Shown in pieces: positions 53,005-63,117 of a DNA stretch of 64,000 nt. This stretch comes from an uncultured Methanoregulaceae archaeon (GTDB lineage Archaea; Halobacteriota; Methanomicrobia; Methanomicrobiales; Methanospirillaceae). Under the pieces are notes generated by a model. It was not told the origin of the DNA and made no database searches. It worked only from the letters and a program-made list of their open reading frames with translations. Where the stretch lies: contig OY969564.1 of the NCBI GenBank assembly GCA_963701095.1, positions 288,001-352,000 of the forward strand, written 5' to 3'. Position numbers and translations under genes: made by a program. Every line of letters begins with the position of its first letter. Position 1 is the stretch's first letter.

Positions 53005-53586
53005 ATGACACCAGGGATAATTCTGAAAGCGATGGATTTTCTCACCCATCCTCTGGAAGCATTCAAAAAATCACGGGAAGACGATATGCGGTCAGTCATC
53101 AGATTTTATTTCGCATTCCTGCTGGCAAATGCGGTTCTGACTGCTCTAGCCTCTCTTACGGGTGTTGGTATTTTCGGACTAATCCGGCGATCACTGTATA
53201 TCCACAACCCGGTAATAATCTTTTTCCTTGTCATTCTTAGTGGCATTATCGGCATCCCGCTTCTGGGCGCATGGCTTCATTTGTGGGTCTATATTGCTGG
53301 CGGACGCAAGGGATTCACATTTACTCTAAAAGCTGTGATGTACGGATCAACGCCCGTCCTGCTCTTAAGCTGGATTCCCTTTATTGGAATTATTTTTTAT
53401 CTCTGGGGTGTGATCCTCACTATCTTCGGGATCCATGAGCTTCACGAGATTGATGGTGATCAGGCTGCTTTTGCCGTAATTGTCCCAATTGTTATTGTTG
53501 TTGTCATCATTGTGCTTCTTATTGCACGCTTGTTCCTTGCTGGTGTCCTCACAAATATGCCCCTGACGAGGTTCAGGTATTTCTGA
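53005..53586 (+). CDS. Yip1-family membrane protein
   Basis: FLTHPLEAF, TLKAVMYGSTP..WIP. Confidence 0.8.
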   Translation: MTPGIILKAMDFLTHPLEAFKKSREDDMRSVIRFYFAFLLANAVLTALASLTGVGIFGLIRRSLYIHNPVIIFFLVILSGIIGIPLLGAWLHLWVYIAGGRKGFTFTLKAVMYGSTPVLLLSWIPFIGIIFYLWGVILTIFGIHELHEIDGDQAAFAVIVPIVIVVVIIVLLIARLFLAGVLTNMPLTRFRYF

Positions 53587-53711
53587 GCATGACAATCAAC
53601 GAGGAGGATACAAACTCATTGAGAACCAACATGAAAACCATATATGTATGTGGTATGCCTGAGTTGAATACAAAACCAGATCCGATATCGAATAAATAAA
53701 TGAGATTGAGA

Positions 53712-56150
53712 ATGCCAGCATCACGAGATTCCCATGAGACTATTGACCGTTATGAGGACATGGGAATCGATGAACTTGTTTCCCGTCTGGCGATTGACAT
53801 TACATCTGGTTTATCTTCAAATGAGCATAAAAAAAGGATTGTTATTGAAGGCTACAATGAAGTCCCGGAAAAAAAAGCCAATCTTTATCTTAATTTTGCA
53901 AAAAAATTCTCTGGTCCCACTGCATGGATGCTTGAAACGGTTATTGTCCTTTCGCTTGTTTTGAGGAATTATGCTGACGTCTATGTGGTCATTGCACTCC
54001 TAATATTAAACGCAGGTCTTGGTTACATTCAGGAACTAAAAGCGTCAAAGGCCGTTGATGCGCTGAAAAAACAGTTGCAGATCAATGCGCGTACTTTACG
54101 CGACGGAATCTGGCAGCTTATTCCAGCGCGTGAGCTCGTTCCTGGCGACATAGTTAGGATACGAGCTGGTGATTTCGTTCCGGCAGATATCAAAGTTCTT
54201 GACGGTAATCTCAATGTCGACCAATCTTCCTTGACTGGAGAATCTCTTTTGATTACAAAAGATCGTTCTCACATGTTATTTTCTGGTTCTATAATAAAAA
54301 CCGGCGAAGCAACAGGCCTTGTTGTCCTGACAGGAACGAAGACTTATTTTGGGAAAACTACTGAGCTCGTGCAGTTTGCCCGCCCACGTCTCCTGGCTGA
54401 GGAAGTAGTATCCCAGGTTGTGAAATGGCTTCTTTTGATTGTCGGTTTTGCACTTGCCATCACTTTCGCCATGTCCTCACTTTCCAGCATGAATATGTTT
54501 AATATTCTTCCCCTGGCGCTCGTACTTCTTGCCTCATCTATCCCAGTCGCTTTACCGGCGATGTTTACCATTACCATGGCTCTTGGATCGGTGGAACTTG
54601 CTAAACACGGTGTCCTGGTAACACGACTGAGTGCATCAGAAGATGCCGCAACCCTGGATACTCTTTGTTTGGATAAGACCGGCACAATAACAATGAACCG
54701 GCTTACAGTAGCCGGCATCGTTACAGAAAACGGCATGAGCGAAGAGGAAGTCCTTATGTACGGAGCGTTAGCGTCTGAAGCTGCAAACCATGACCCAATC
54801 GACTGTGCCTTCCTAGTTACGGTTGACGACCGGAAAATTTCTATGGAGGGATTCGCCCGGCAATCATTTATCCCGTTTGATTCAGCGACCCGGCGAACAG
54901 AAGCAATTATCGAAAAGGACGATAATCGCTACCGTGTTGTAAAAGGTGCAATTGGTGCTGTTGTTGAGCTGACCAGTACCAATCCAACGATTTTGAGAAC
55001 CCAATCGGCCGGATTTGCAGCGAAAGGGTACCGCACTCTTGCCGTTGCCTTAGGTATTAACGAACAACCCTTACGTGTTATCGGTTTGGTCGCCTTGTAC
55101 GACATGCCACGGTCGGACGCCGGGAAACTGATTAGAGATCTCCAGGATCTCGGTATATCGGTCAGGTTGCTGACCGGCGATGCGCTTCCTATAGCTCAGG
55201 AAACAGCACGGCAGGTTGGTTTGCCCGGGATTATCACCGGTGCAGAAGACCTGAAAAAAATTCAGAAAACCGATCCTGTAAAGGCATCTCAGATTATTGA
55301 AGAAAGTGCCGGTTTTGCCAGAATCTATCCCCAAGATAAATACGTGATCGTAAAAAAACTGCAGGAATCCGGCCATGTAGTAGGTATGACCGGAGATGGC
55401 ATAAACGATGCACCATCACTCCGGCAGGCTGAGGTGGGCATCGCAGTCAGTAACGCTACCGATGTTGCAAAAGGGGCGGCAAGTGTTGTCCTGACTGGCG
55501 AAGGACTGGGAAATATTATTAACCTTATCCGGGTAGGTCGGAAAATCCACCAGCGAATGCTGACCTGGATCTTCAACAAGGTTGTAAAGACATTCCAGAT
55601 TGTGGTCTTTGTTGTGGTGGCGTTTCTCATAACCGGACAATTTATTGTCTCGGTGTTCGATGTAGTGCTCCTGCTTTTTGTTATAGATTTTGTTACATTA
55701 TCACTTTCGACTGACAATGTGAGAGGATCAAAACAACCAGACAGCTGGGACATATCGGGACTGGTGAGATCGTCTCTTGTCCTCGGTGTTCTTGTGGTCC
55801 TGGAATCCCTAGCGATCCTTGCTGTCGGTCTCGGACCTCTAGGCCTCACCGGAAAAACGGCAGCAATCCAAACCTTCTCCTTTGCCATTCTTTTCTACTT
55901 TGGTATGCTCACCGTTTTTGTCGTCCGGGAGCGGGGACATTTTTGGGATTCTTTTCCAAGCAGGTCGCTGTTCCTTATCATGCTTGCAGACATGGTTGTC
56001 GTAGCTATACTGGTTACAGTGGGTATTCCCGGGCTAACTGCAATCCCGCCGGTAGATTTACTGACCGTTATCGCTATGTCTGTGTTCTTCTCGTTTTTCA
56101 TCAACGACTTTGTCAAATATTTTATGCTGAGGCCGGGAAAAGACGATTAA
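53712..56150 (+). CDS. Plasma-membrane type H+-efflux P-type ATPase (P3A)
   Basis: GPTAWMLE, DQSSLTGES, IPVALPA, DKTGTIT, DPID, VKGA, GDGINDAP. Confidence 0.88.
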   Translation: MPASRDSHETIDRYEDMGIDELVSRLAIDITSGLSSNEHKKRIVIEGYNEVPEKKANLYLNFAKKFSGPTAWMLETVIVLSLVLRNYADVYVVIALLILNAGLGYIQELKASKAVDALKKQLQINARTLRDGIWQLIPARELVPGDIVRIRAGDFVPADIKVLDGNLNVDQSSLTGESLLITKDRSHMLFSGSIIKTGEATGLVVLTGTKTYFGKTTELVQFARPRLLAEEVVSQVVKWLLLIVGFALAITFAMSSLSSMNMFNILPLALVLLASSIPVALPAMFTITMALGSVELAKHGVLVTRLSASEDAATLDTLCLDKTGTITMNRLTVAGIVTENGMSEEEVLMYGALASEAANHDPIDCAFLVTVDDRKISMEGFARQSFIPFDSATRRTEAIIEKDDNRYRVVKGAIGAVVELTSTNPTILRTQSAGFAAKGYRTLAVALGINEQPLRVIGLVALYDMPRSDAGKLIRDLQDLGISVRLLTGDALPIAQETARQVGLPGIITGAEDLKKIQKTDPVKASQIIEESAGFARIYPQDKYVIVKKLQESGHVVGMTGDGINDAPSLRQAEVGIAVSNATDVAKGAASVVLTGEGLGNIINLIRVGRKIHQRMLTWIFNKVVKTFQIVVFVVVAFLITGQFIVSVFDVVLLLFVIDFVTLSLSTDNVRGSKQPDSWDISGLVRSSLVLGVLVVLESLAILAVGLGPLGLTGKTAAIQTFSFAILFYFGMLTVFVVRERGHFWDSFPSRSLFLIMLADMVVVAILVTVGIPGLTAIPPVDLLTVIAMSVFFSFFINDFVKYFMLRPGKDD

Positions 56151-56160
56151 ATAGAGAACA

Positions 56161-57216
56161 TCACCCGTTAAGATTTGCAATCCAGTCCCGGGTCATCATC
56201 ACGGATGAAAACCGCATTGCCTGGGTGACGCAGATCGCCCGGTGCAGTTCTTCTGCTTTTACCGTTCCAGCATAGTTGGTTATATCAAGTGTCCCGGTGG
56301 CATCGGCTATGAACTGAACGGTATATCCCCGGTGGAATGCCTGGCGTGCCGTGGTATCGCAGCACATCTGGGTCATATAGCCAACAATAGTAACTTTAAC
56401 GATCCCGCGCTCCTTGAGCCATCTCCCAAGGCCGGTACCGGAGAAACTTCCCGGCAGGGTCTTTTGGATGAGGACGTCATAAGGACGGTTCTTTATTTCA
56501 TTGAGCAGTTCATACCCTGGCGATCCGATCCGGAATGTCTTGGCATCTGGTGCAGTGCTCCCATGCTGGATCACAACAATGGGAATATGATGATCTTGTG
56601 CGGTATCCATGATCAAAAGAATATTGTTGAGACTGCCCGGCGGGTAAGTAATGGGAATATTACCGGTAAAATACTCGTTCTGGACGTCTATGACGAGTAC
56701 TGCCTCCTTTCCCTCTTTTTCCCGGGCTGCCGGATCTTTATCCTCCGCGGCAAACTGATCACGACTGATTATCATCTGGTAGAACTCTACCGGTTTTCCC
56801 TGAATATCTTCGGTACATTCTCCAACAATCTGGAACGATAGTGATGAATAGAGTTTCTGCGCCCGGAGATTTGTTTTACGTACTATCAAACGGATTGACC
56901 AGATATCCGGGTGGGAAAAACCGTGCCGGAGAGTTAGGAGTGTAATTGTTTTTCCAAGGCCGTGTCCGACCCGTTCCGGGTGCAGAGCAATTCGGAATTC
57001 GGCACTCCCGCCAATTTCGCAGGAAAGGATGGAAAAGCCAACGATGGTATCTGAGTCTTCGGCAATAAATAGCTCGGTTCCCGCTTTTTCGACATATTCA
57101 CCGAGCCAGCCGCTGTCACGAAGGGTATAATCAAGCCCGGAAAACTCTGCGGGATACGGTGGCCACGCTTTGATGATGCTTATATCGGATTTTTGTAAGG
57201 GACGCAGGGAGATCAT
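56161..57216 (-). CDS. GNAT acetyltransferase-isochorismatase (cysteine hydrolase) fusion
   Basis: GHGLGK and [12 protein letters not shown] motifs; [22 protein letters not shown]. Confidence 0.8.
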   Translation of the reverse strand: MISLRPLQKSDISIIKAWPPYPAEFSGLDYTLRDSGWLGEYVEKAGTELFIAEDSDTIVGFSILSCEIGGSAEFRIALHPERVGHGLGKTITLLTLRHGFSHPDIWSIRLIVRKTNLRAQKLYSSLSFQIVGECTEDIQGKPVEFYQMIISRDQFAAEDKDPAAREKEGKEAVLVIDVQNEYFTGNIPITYPPGSLNNILLIMDTAQDHHIPIVVIQHGSTAPDAKTFRIGSPGYELLNEIKNRPYDVLIQKTLPGSFSGTGLGRWLKERGIVKVTIVGYMTQMCCDTTARQAFHRGYTVQFIADATGTLDITNYAGTVKAEELHRAICVTQAMRFSSVMMTRDWIANLNG

Positions 57217-57541
57217 GCATGATATTTTTGGTGAGGATATTGAAAAGAGATGTTGTTGATCGTAAAGGAAGTTCTTATCTCGCTATCTTAAACCTATCTT
57301 CTGGAATGATGTGAGTAAACATTGGATGTGTCGGAATTATCCATTATTGTTGAAAAAAAGATTGTTACAATTTTTGATTTTCAGGTAAACATCTTTTAGG
57401 ATCTTTTTTAATTAGAGTTCTAGGGACTGAATTTGTCCTTAAGAAAATCTCAGGATTCAGCTATCTGTCCGAGATCCTTTTGAAGGTTTGTGACGTTGGG
57501 CGGATAGCATTCACGAGCAAAAGCAACAGAGAGTGGAAAGT

Positions 57542-57703
57542 ATGATAGAGATTGTAACCATCATCGAGGGAATTATAGCACTTATAGTGGGGGTCGCCCT
57601 TTTGGCATCTCCTTTACTTGTCATTCAATTACTAGGAATTTTTGTGATTTTAGTGGGCGGGATTGTCGTTAGTAAAGGTCTTGTCAAAAAGTTTAGAGAT
57701 TGA
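57542..57703 (+). CDS. 53-aa two-TM membrane peptide (not in ORF track)
   Basis: MIEIVTIIEGIIALIVGVALLASPLLVIQLLGIFVILVGGIVVSKGLVKKFRD. Confidence 0.55.
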   Translation: MIEIVTIIEGIIALIVGVALLASPLLVIQLLGIFVILVGGIVVSKGLVKKFRD

Positions 57704-57889
57704 CCGGAGATTGATTCTTTTTCACTCTATCCGGAAAGTAAAACAAACAGACTTTTCAATATCTCTTAATTTTTAATATTCTTAATATTGCAAATTTTGC
57801 AAAAAATGGGGAGATTTTTATTTTCCATTAATGAAAAGAAGTTTGTCCCCGTATATAGTAAAAATGATATGTGGGGAATGGAGTCGTAT

Positions 57890-58105
57890 ATGCCTGTAAA
57901 AAAACCAAAGATCAGCAAGGCCGGGAAAGCACAAAAAATATCTGACAAGGCTACGCTAAAAATGCATAACGATGTCACTGCATCACTTGAGCAGTTGGAA
58001 CATCCTGAAGTGAAAGCGAAGAAAAAATCAGGTTTCCATAATGCCATTTCTACAGTTAGAAATGTAGTAGCACGGAAGCCAGAAAAAAAATTGAAAAGGA
58101 AATGA
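57890..58105 (+). CDS. Small basic hypothetical protein
   Basis: GGAG RBS; MPVKKPKISKAGK.., Lys-rich. Confidence 0.5.
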   Translation: MPVKKPKISKAGKAQKISDKATLKMHNDVTASLEQLEHPEVKAKKKSGFHNAISTVRNVVARKPEKKLKRK

Positions 58106-58119
58106 TTGCCGGGTGAGTT

Positions 58120-58275
58120 ATGTTTGATCTAATCTATCTCGCGGTAATTTTCCTTATCCTTGCCCTGATTTTTTATATAGTAGGTGCTCGGGGTATAGCC
58201 GGCTTTTCCATGGAAATCGCAAAGTGGCTCGTAATTATCTTTGTTATAGTTGCTGTAATCACATTTCTGTTGTAA
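58120..58275 (+). CDS. DUF1328/UPF0391-like small membrane protein (not in ORF track)
   Basis: [41 protein letters not shown]..; GGTGA RBS. Confidence 0.8.
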   Translation: MFDLIYLAVIFLILALIFYIVGARGIAGFSMEIAKWLVIIFVIVAVITFLL

Positions 58276-58408
58276 CGGGAGGAACAAAGAAAATAAAAAC
58301 TTTTTCCAAGGTTATTGCTAAGGTACTGAAACCGGGCGTTCTGATACAAAAATTTTGGAACATTAGGTCAGATGGAAATTTGAAGAAAATTCAGGGGAGA
58401 AACAAACA

Positions 58409-58564
58409 ATGGCTGATCTCATCCAATTTGCTGTGATTTTTCTTATACTTGCTCTGATTTGTTTTATGGTGGGTATAAAAGGTATAGCCGGGCTCACTAT
58501 GGATATCGCAAAATGGCCCGTCGTGATACTCATTGCAATGGCTATACTCCTTCTCGTATGGTAA
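58409..58564 (+). CDS. Second DUF1328-like paralogue (not in ORF track)
   Basis: [37 protein letters not shown]..; same length (51 aa). Confidence 0.75.
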   Translation: MADLIQFAVIFLILALICFMVGIKGIAGLTMDIAKWPVVILIAMAILLLVW

Positions 58565-58727
58565 CCGGGAGATAAGAGAAAAATCAGTCCAGGTGTATAT
58601 TTAGCAGTGCTTTGAACTGTGGTCATTCATAGGGGCACTCTTGGATTGTATACACTTGGATTTAGGATTATGATACAGATGCTATTATATGGGAAGATAG
58701 AAATCCCCATACCGAGGTAACCATTCT

Positions 58728-59063
58728 ATGAAAATCTTTAACAGCGCATTTCTGGGAAGGACGTATTATAAATTTACTTTAGGATGGCAGATTATCAATC
58801 TCCCTCTCGCTTTCATCGGTTTTCTGACCTTTGCTAAAGTCTGGCAACCCACCATTGAATATTTCAAAATACCCTTTATCGCGGTGCTCATCGGATTTCC
58901 TCTCGTACTCATATTGATCGGTTTTGTAATTGGCGATCTAATGATTAAAAAGAAAGTTCAGTCGGAAATAAACAGTTTGGTAAACCAAGAAGCCAATCCG
59001 CAGTTTTTTGAGTTGTGCGCCGATGTAAAAGACATCAAAGAAAAGCTACGGATCAAAGAATAA
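58728..59063 (+). CDS. Two-TM membrane protein
   Basis: GAGGT RBS; two hydrophobic helices and a charged C-terminus. Confidence 0.65.
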   Translation: MKIFNSAFLGRTYYKFTLGWQIINLPLAFIGFLTFAKVWQPTIEYFKIPFIAVLIGFPLVLILIGFVIGDLMIKKKVQSEINSLVNQEANPQFFELCADVKDIKEKLRIKE

Positions 59064-59327
59064 AATTTATGATGCGGATTTACGATAAATTACCAAAAAG
59101 CCGGATTTGAAAAAATGGATGTGTGAGCACACAAAACTATATTCAGGATGCGCCGACCGGGCTTTAGGCCATTACGTCAGAAGCCCTTACCAAAATTATA
59201 TGTCTTTATTGCAAACGCGCATAAAAAAAAATAAAAAATAACAAATATTCGAAATATGCCGCACTCATTATTGAAAGGACCACGAAGGAAAGGTTCCGAT
59301 TGAAAAGGTAGTATCTTTACTCTCATG

Positions 59328-61214
59328 TTATAATCCCGGAAATCCTCCATGTGGCAGAGGTATATCGGTTTCTGGAGGAGAATCCATATGGAAGATTTTC
59401 GCATGCATCCAGATGCAACGTAAAAGTTGATTTTCATCTCCATTGAAGAAATCGGATCCTTTGATTTTCTTACCAATATTCATTAAGTACGCTTTGACAG
59501 GGTCGGGAAATTTCAATTTCACACCTTCTCTGCTGAAACCACCAGAGTGAATCCATACACGGGACATCAATGGATAAGATGGTGATGTTACAACCTCATC
59601 ATGTGCATTTAGATATGAAAGCCCGGATAAGTATTCAAAAATGTCAAACGCCGAATCAAAATAGATCTCGCTTGGGATAAGCGGTTTGATAATATTGTGG
59701 ATAACTTTGGCGGGATAAGAAATAGGGTCTTCTCGCATTCCAAATCTTTCTAAACAGAAATCAAGTATCCACTGCTCACTTGTCCATAAAATACTCCAGA
59801 CATTTACGTCTTCAATGTATGGAAAATATTTCCAGGCAAATAACACATCAGCATCATATCGCCTTTGCCGTGGCTTCTCCAAAACAGCTGTAAGACTATT
59901 AAAGTTTCCCTTATGGACAGCTGTGATTCCTGAAGCATAGATCACAAGTAATCCCGGGTAGAATCGTAATTTATTGAGATATTTGTTTAAATCCGTTGCA
60001 TAAGTTCCATTAACTCTTTGTCCGTCATGAAGAAAAGAAGGATCGATTGTCTGCAAATTGATTAACCGATCAATTGTTTCAGTTATTAAATCTGAATAAG
60101 TTCCATTGTCATAATAGGATATTGTTGCAACCATCGCAACGAGAGGAGCAGATATTCGTTCAAGTTCTTCCAACCGGTTCTTAAAACACGTTTTCCCATC
60201 AATCGGGCCATGAGGGACAAAATCAGAACGATTCACTTCCGAAAAGATCCGATCTGTTTCATTACGAAGGAGGTCGGATAGAACCATTTCCGGTCTAGGA
60301 TCTCTAAATGCATCCTTGGCCTTTTTGATAGCACTTTCCGCTGAAAGAGGAGCAATTCTTTCATGTCGCCGTAATATATCTATCCTTGATTCGAGATCCT
60401 CAAAAAACTCATTTGCTGAAATAATACCTATAGTCGAAAGATGTAGTTTGGATCTGATTTCTTCCGGAATTGTCTCGGGCGACTCTCTGACGCACCAAAA
60501 GATCGCAAATCTTCGAATCCTCTTACCGGTCAAAATTTTTACAAGACCAGTATCATGTTTTCCAGACCATCCACAAATGACCAAACCATATTCTGAAAAG
60601 ATACGATCAAGATAATCTGAAAGTTTTTCATCGTATGTGTTGAGATCATCCGGGGTTAACTTCAAATCGGTGGTGGGATATCTTCCATTAACCATTACAA
60701 TTCGACACCGATCTCCGGTAACTTCCATCACTCTGAGATCGCTTTCATGAGTGATGACAACAGGAGTTTTTCCCGTTTCTTGTTTTATTGCTTCTTCAAT
60801 AAGTGGATCAAAATTCGTCGTAATAATCATACTGATTATGCCGTCTCTAACGAGCCTTGCAATACTTACATGCGCAGGAGTTGGTGTAATCTTGGGGGGT
60901 TGATCCGGTGTAATATCCGGTTCAAAATAACGACTGAGAATGGCTTTGCGATCATCGTCAGATTTTGCTAACTCGTCAAATAGCCGGGAAAACGTCGGAG
61001 CCCTCCCGTCATGTGTTTCTTTATACCAATCTTGAGGGTTCTGACCGGATTTTATCCCTTTTCCGGCTATTTGGCGAATCAGATCATCGGTTATATCCCC
61101 AGCAGTAGGAATGCCTGCCTCTTGGGAGATACCAGAGCCAACAAGAAGGGCATATCTTCTTGGAGAGTTATGTAAGGCAAGAGCGACAGGAATTACTTCG
61201 TCGGGGGATGGCAT
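59328..61214 (-). CDS. SIR2-like (SIR2_2) domain protein with large C-terminal domain
   Basis: LLVGSGISQEAGIPT, IITTNFDPLIE, VICGWSG..D. Confidence 0.85.
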   Translation of the reverse strand: MPSPDEVIPVALALHNSPRRYALLVGSGISQEAGIPTAGDITDDLIRQIAGKGIKSGQNPQDWYKETHDGRAPTFSRLFDELAKSDDDRKAILSRYFEPDITPDQPPKITPTPAHVSIARLVRDGIISMIITTNFDPLIEEAIKQETGKTPVVITHESDLRVMEVTGDRCRIVMVNGRYPTTDLKLTPDDLNTYDEKLSDYLDRIFSEYGLVICGWSGKHDTGLVKILTGKRIRRFAIFWCVRESPETIPEEIRSKLHLSTIGIISANEFFEDLESRIDILRRHERIAPLSAESAIKKAKDAFRDPRPEMVLSDLLRNETDRIFSEVNRSDFVPHGPIDGKTCFKNRLEELERISAPLVAMVATISYYDNGTYSDLITETIDRLINLQTIDPSFLHDGQRVNGTYATDLNKYLNKLRFYPGLLVIYASGITAVHKGNFNSLTAVLEKPRQRRYDADVLFAWKYFPYIEDVNVWSILWTSEQWILDFCLERFGMREDPISYPAKVIHNIIKPLIPSEIYFDSAFDIFEYLSGLSYLNAHDEVVTSPSYPLMSRVWIHSGGFSREGVKLKFPDPVKAYLMNIGKKIKGSDFFNGDENQLLRCIWMHAKIFHMDSPPETDIPLPHGGFPGL

Positions 61215-61215
61215 A

Positions 61216-62014
61216 TTAATGTCTCTGACTGATATTCATCGTCTGGTAACAATCGTAACAAACAGGTTTCGCATACGAGATTGAACCTTTCTTTTCACCA
61301 CATGAATGACAAAAATGCTCTTTGTAGTTAGGATCCTTGTATTGTGCCCAGATAGGGTAGCAGTTGTTACAGAGGGGCCTGTCAGTGTTAAACTTATCCA
61401 TTGGAGTACCACATCGGATACAATACGCCTCTTCACCTAGTACCTGACTCAACCAAATTATCAATCAGGCCTTTATTTTGTGTCATCTTCGGCTTCCGCA
61501 GTGGTTTTTGCGGAGTGTATTTCGAAGAAGCATCATGAGGTTTGGATATAGCAGATTTACGAACTATTTTCGGGTTCTCCTGGCTCTGTTTCAAGATCAT
61601 CTGAACCTCCTCATAGGCTGAGCCGTATATCCCGGGATCTTCGGCTTTGGTAAATCGAATCCCCATTTCCCAGTTGTGTGTCTGTGAGTGTTCATGCAGA
61701 TTCATTGAAGTTATAAGGCCCTCATTTTCGTTGAGAAAACACTTTGCATGGAGATCTGCGCAGACACGGATGTTGGCATTCTTAAGATCTCGAAAAAATT
61801 GCATGTCGGCGTCGTCAACGTTTTTATCGGTTCCACTCTCCACGCGTGAGATTATTGTGAAGTTGATCCCGCGAGTATCGATGTTTTTCAGATAATTCTT
61901 GGTTTGTTGCGGAATTTTGAGGTACGGCGCTACGATGAAAAGTTCAGTGCGTGCCCCATTAATGATTTCAGTAATCGTGCCGTAAGACATTGCACCATTT
62001 ACAAACTTAGCCAT
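61216..62014 (-). CDS. PLD-family (single HKD-type) nuclease with C-terminal Cys-rich Zn-finger domain (frameshift near 61456)
   Basis: IVAPY, LHAKCFLNE..ITSMNL, NWEMG; removing one T joins to CIRC..CNNC..CHSC..CYDC. Confidence 0.78.
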
Positions 62015-62272
62015 GTTTTCTCAATCTGCTATGTACTTGGACTAGGGATAAGATTTTGGCTCATATGGATACAGATTACGCTATAGATTTAATGAAGAAA
62101 GGGGAATGATGTGAAGAAACAACACGCTCCAACGCCCCAAAACAACAAGCCCTGTGGGACGTAAGACTATTCAAGTATAAGCCTTTTGTCTTTTGAAATA
62201 TCTTCAATATCCGTAGTGGCACTCTACAATTAACAATAAGATTATTTCGAATGGCTTAAAATTATAAAATAT

Positions 62273-63106
62273 ATGAAAAAGTGTCCAAAATATGGGGAAT
62301 CACTTCTATCTGACGATACTAAAAATTGCAATGATTGTAAAACTATCCTATTGGTTATAATATTTGTTTTGATGTTGGGCTCTTTATTAATTGGGATATT
62401 TATTGGATACCTGATTGAAGAGAACCTCTATTCTGATAACCAAAAGATGGACACAGCAATTCAATTTTTATTACCTGCAATTCATGATGCCGGCCAAATG
62501 AGAATAAACCAAATTGTAAACCAAACCTCTGATTTGGGTCAAAATTCGACTAGATTGAATGCGATGGCTGAATTAATCAAAAACGATTTTACTTCACCCG
62601 ATTGGAATAATGCAATTTACACTCAAATGTCTCCAACAGGATCATCTTATTTAGTTGATGCACGAGGTCGTATAAGGCAAAATATTCGCGATAATGATAC
62701 CTTTGATTTAAGTACAATTCCTGATTGGGTTGCCTTTGAGAGAACCGGAAGATGTGAAGAAATGTCTGTTTTATTTTATGCTGTGGCTACCAAAGCTGGA
62801 TTTAATATGCATGTTGTCGGAGCTGCTGGAATAGGTCATTGGTGGAACGAGGTGGAAATTAACAACGATTGGAAATACTTCGATCTCCAACGATATGGTG
62901 AAGTCAATGGAGTGGGAGATCAATCCCAATGGTTTGGAAATAGATCTAATTTTTCTAAAAACGTTGGATATCCAATTGACAATTTAACCAAATCTGGTAT
63001 TTGCGTTCATGATTTACAAGAAAATGCCGATATCGAAGACATAACAAATGCATATGACCCTCTTAACACGTCAATGCACGGAAGTTGCAAGGTTATGACC
63101 AACTAA
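62273..63106 (+). CDS. Membrane-anchored transglutaminase-like (Cys-His-Asp) protein
   Basis: N-terminal TM; GRCEE, GHWWNEV, WKYFD; low GC. Confidence 0.75.
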   Translation: MKKCPKYGESLLSDDTKNCNDCKTILLVIIFVLMLGSLLIGIFIGYLIEENLYSDNQKMDTAIQFLLPAIHDAGQMRINQIVNQTSDLGQNSTRLNAMAELIKNDFTSPDWNNAIYTQMSPTGSSYLVDARGRIRQNIRDNDTFDLSTIPDWVAFERTGRCEEMSVLFYAVATKAGFNMHVVGAAGIGHWWNEVEINNDWKYFDLQRYGEVNGVGDQSQWFGNRSNFSKNVGYPIDNLTKSGICVHDLQENADIEDITNAYDPLNTSMHGSCKVMTN

Positions 63107-63117
63107 TTTTTTATTCG

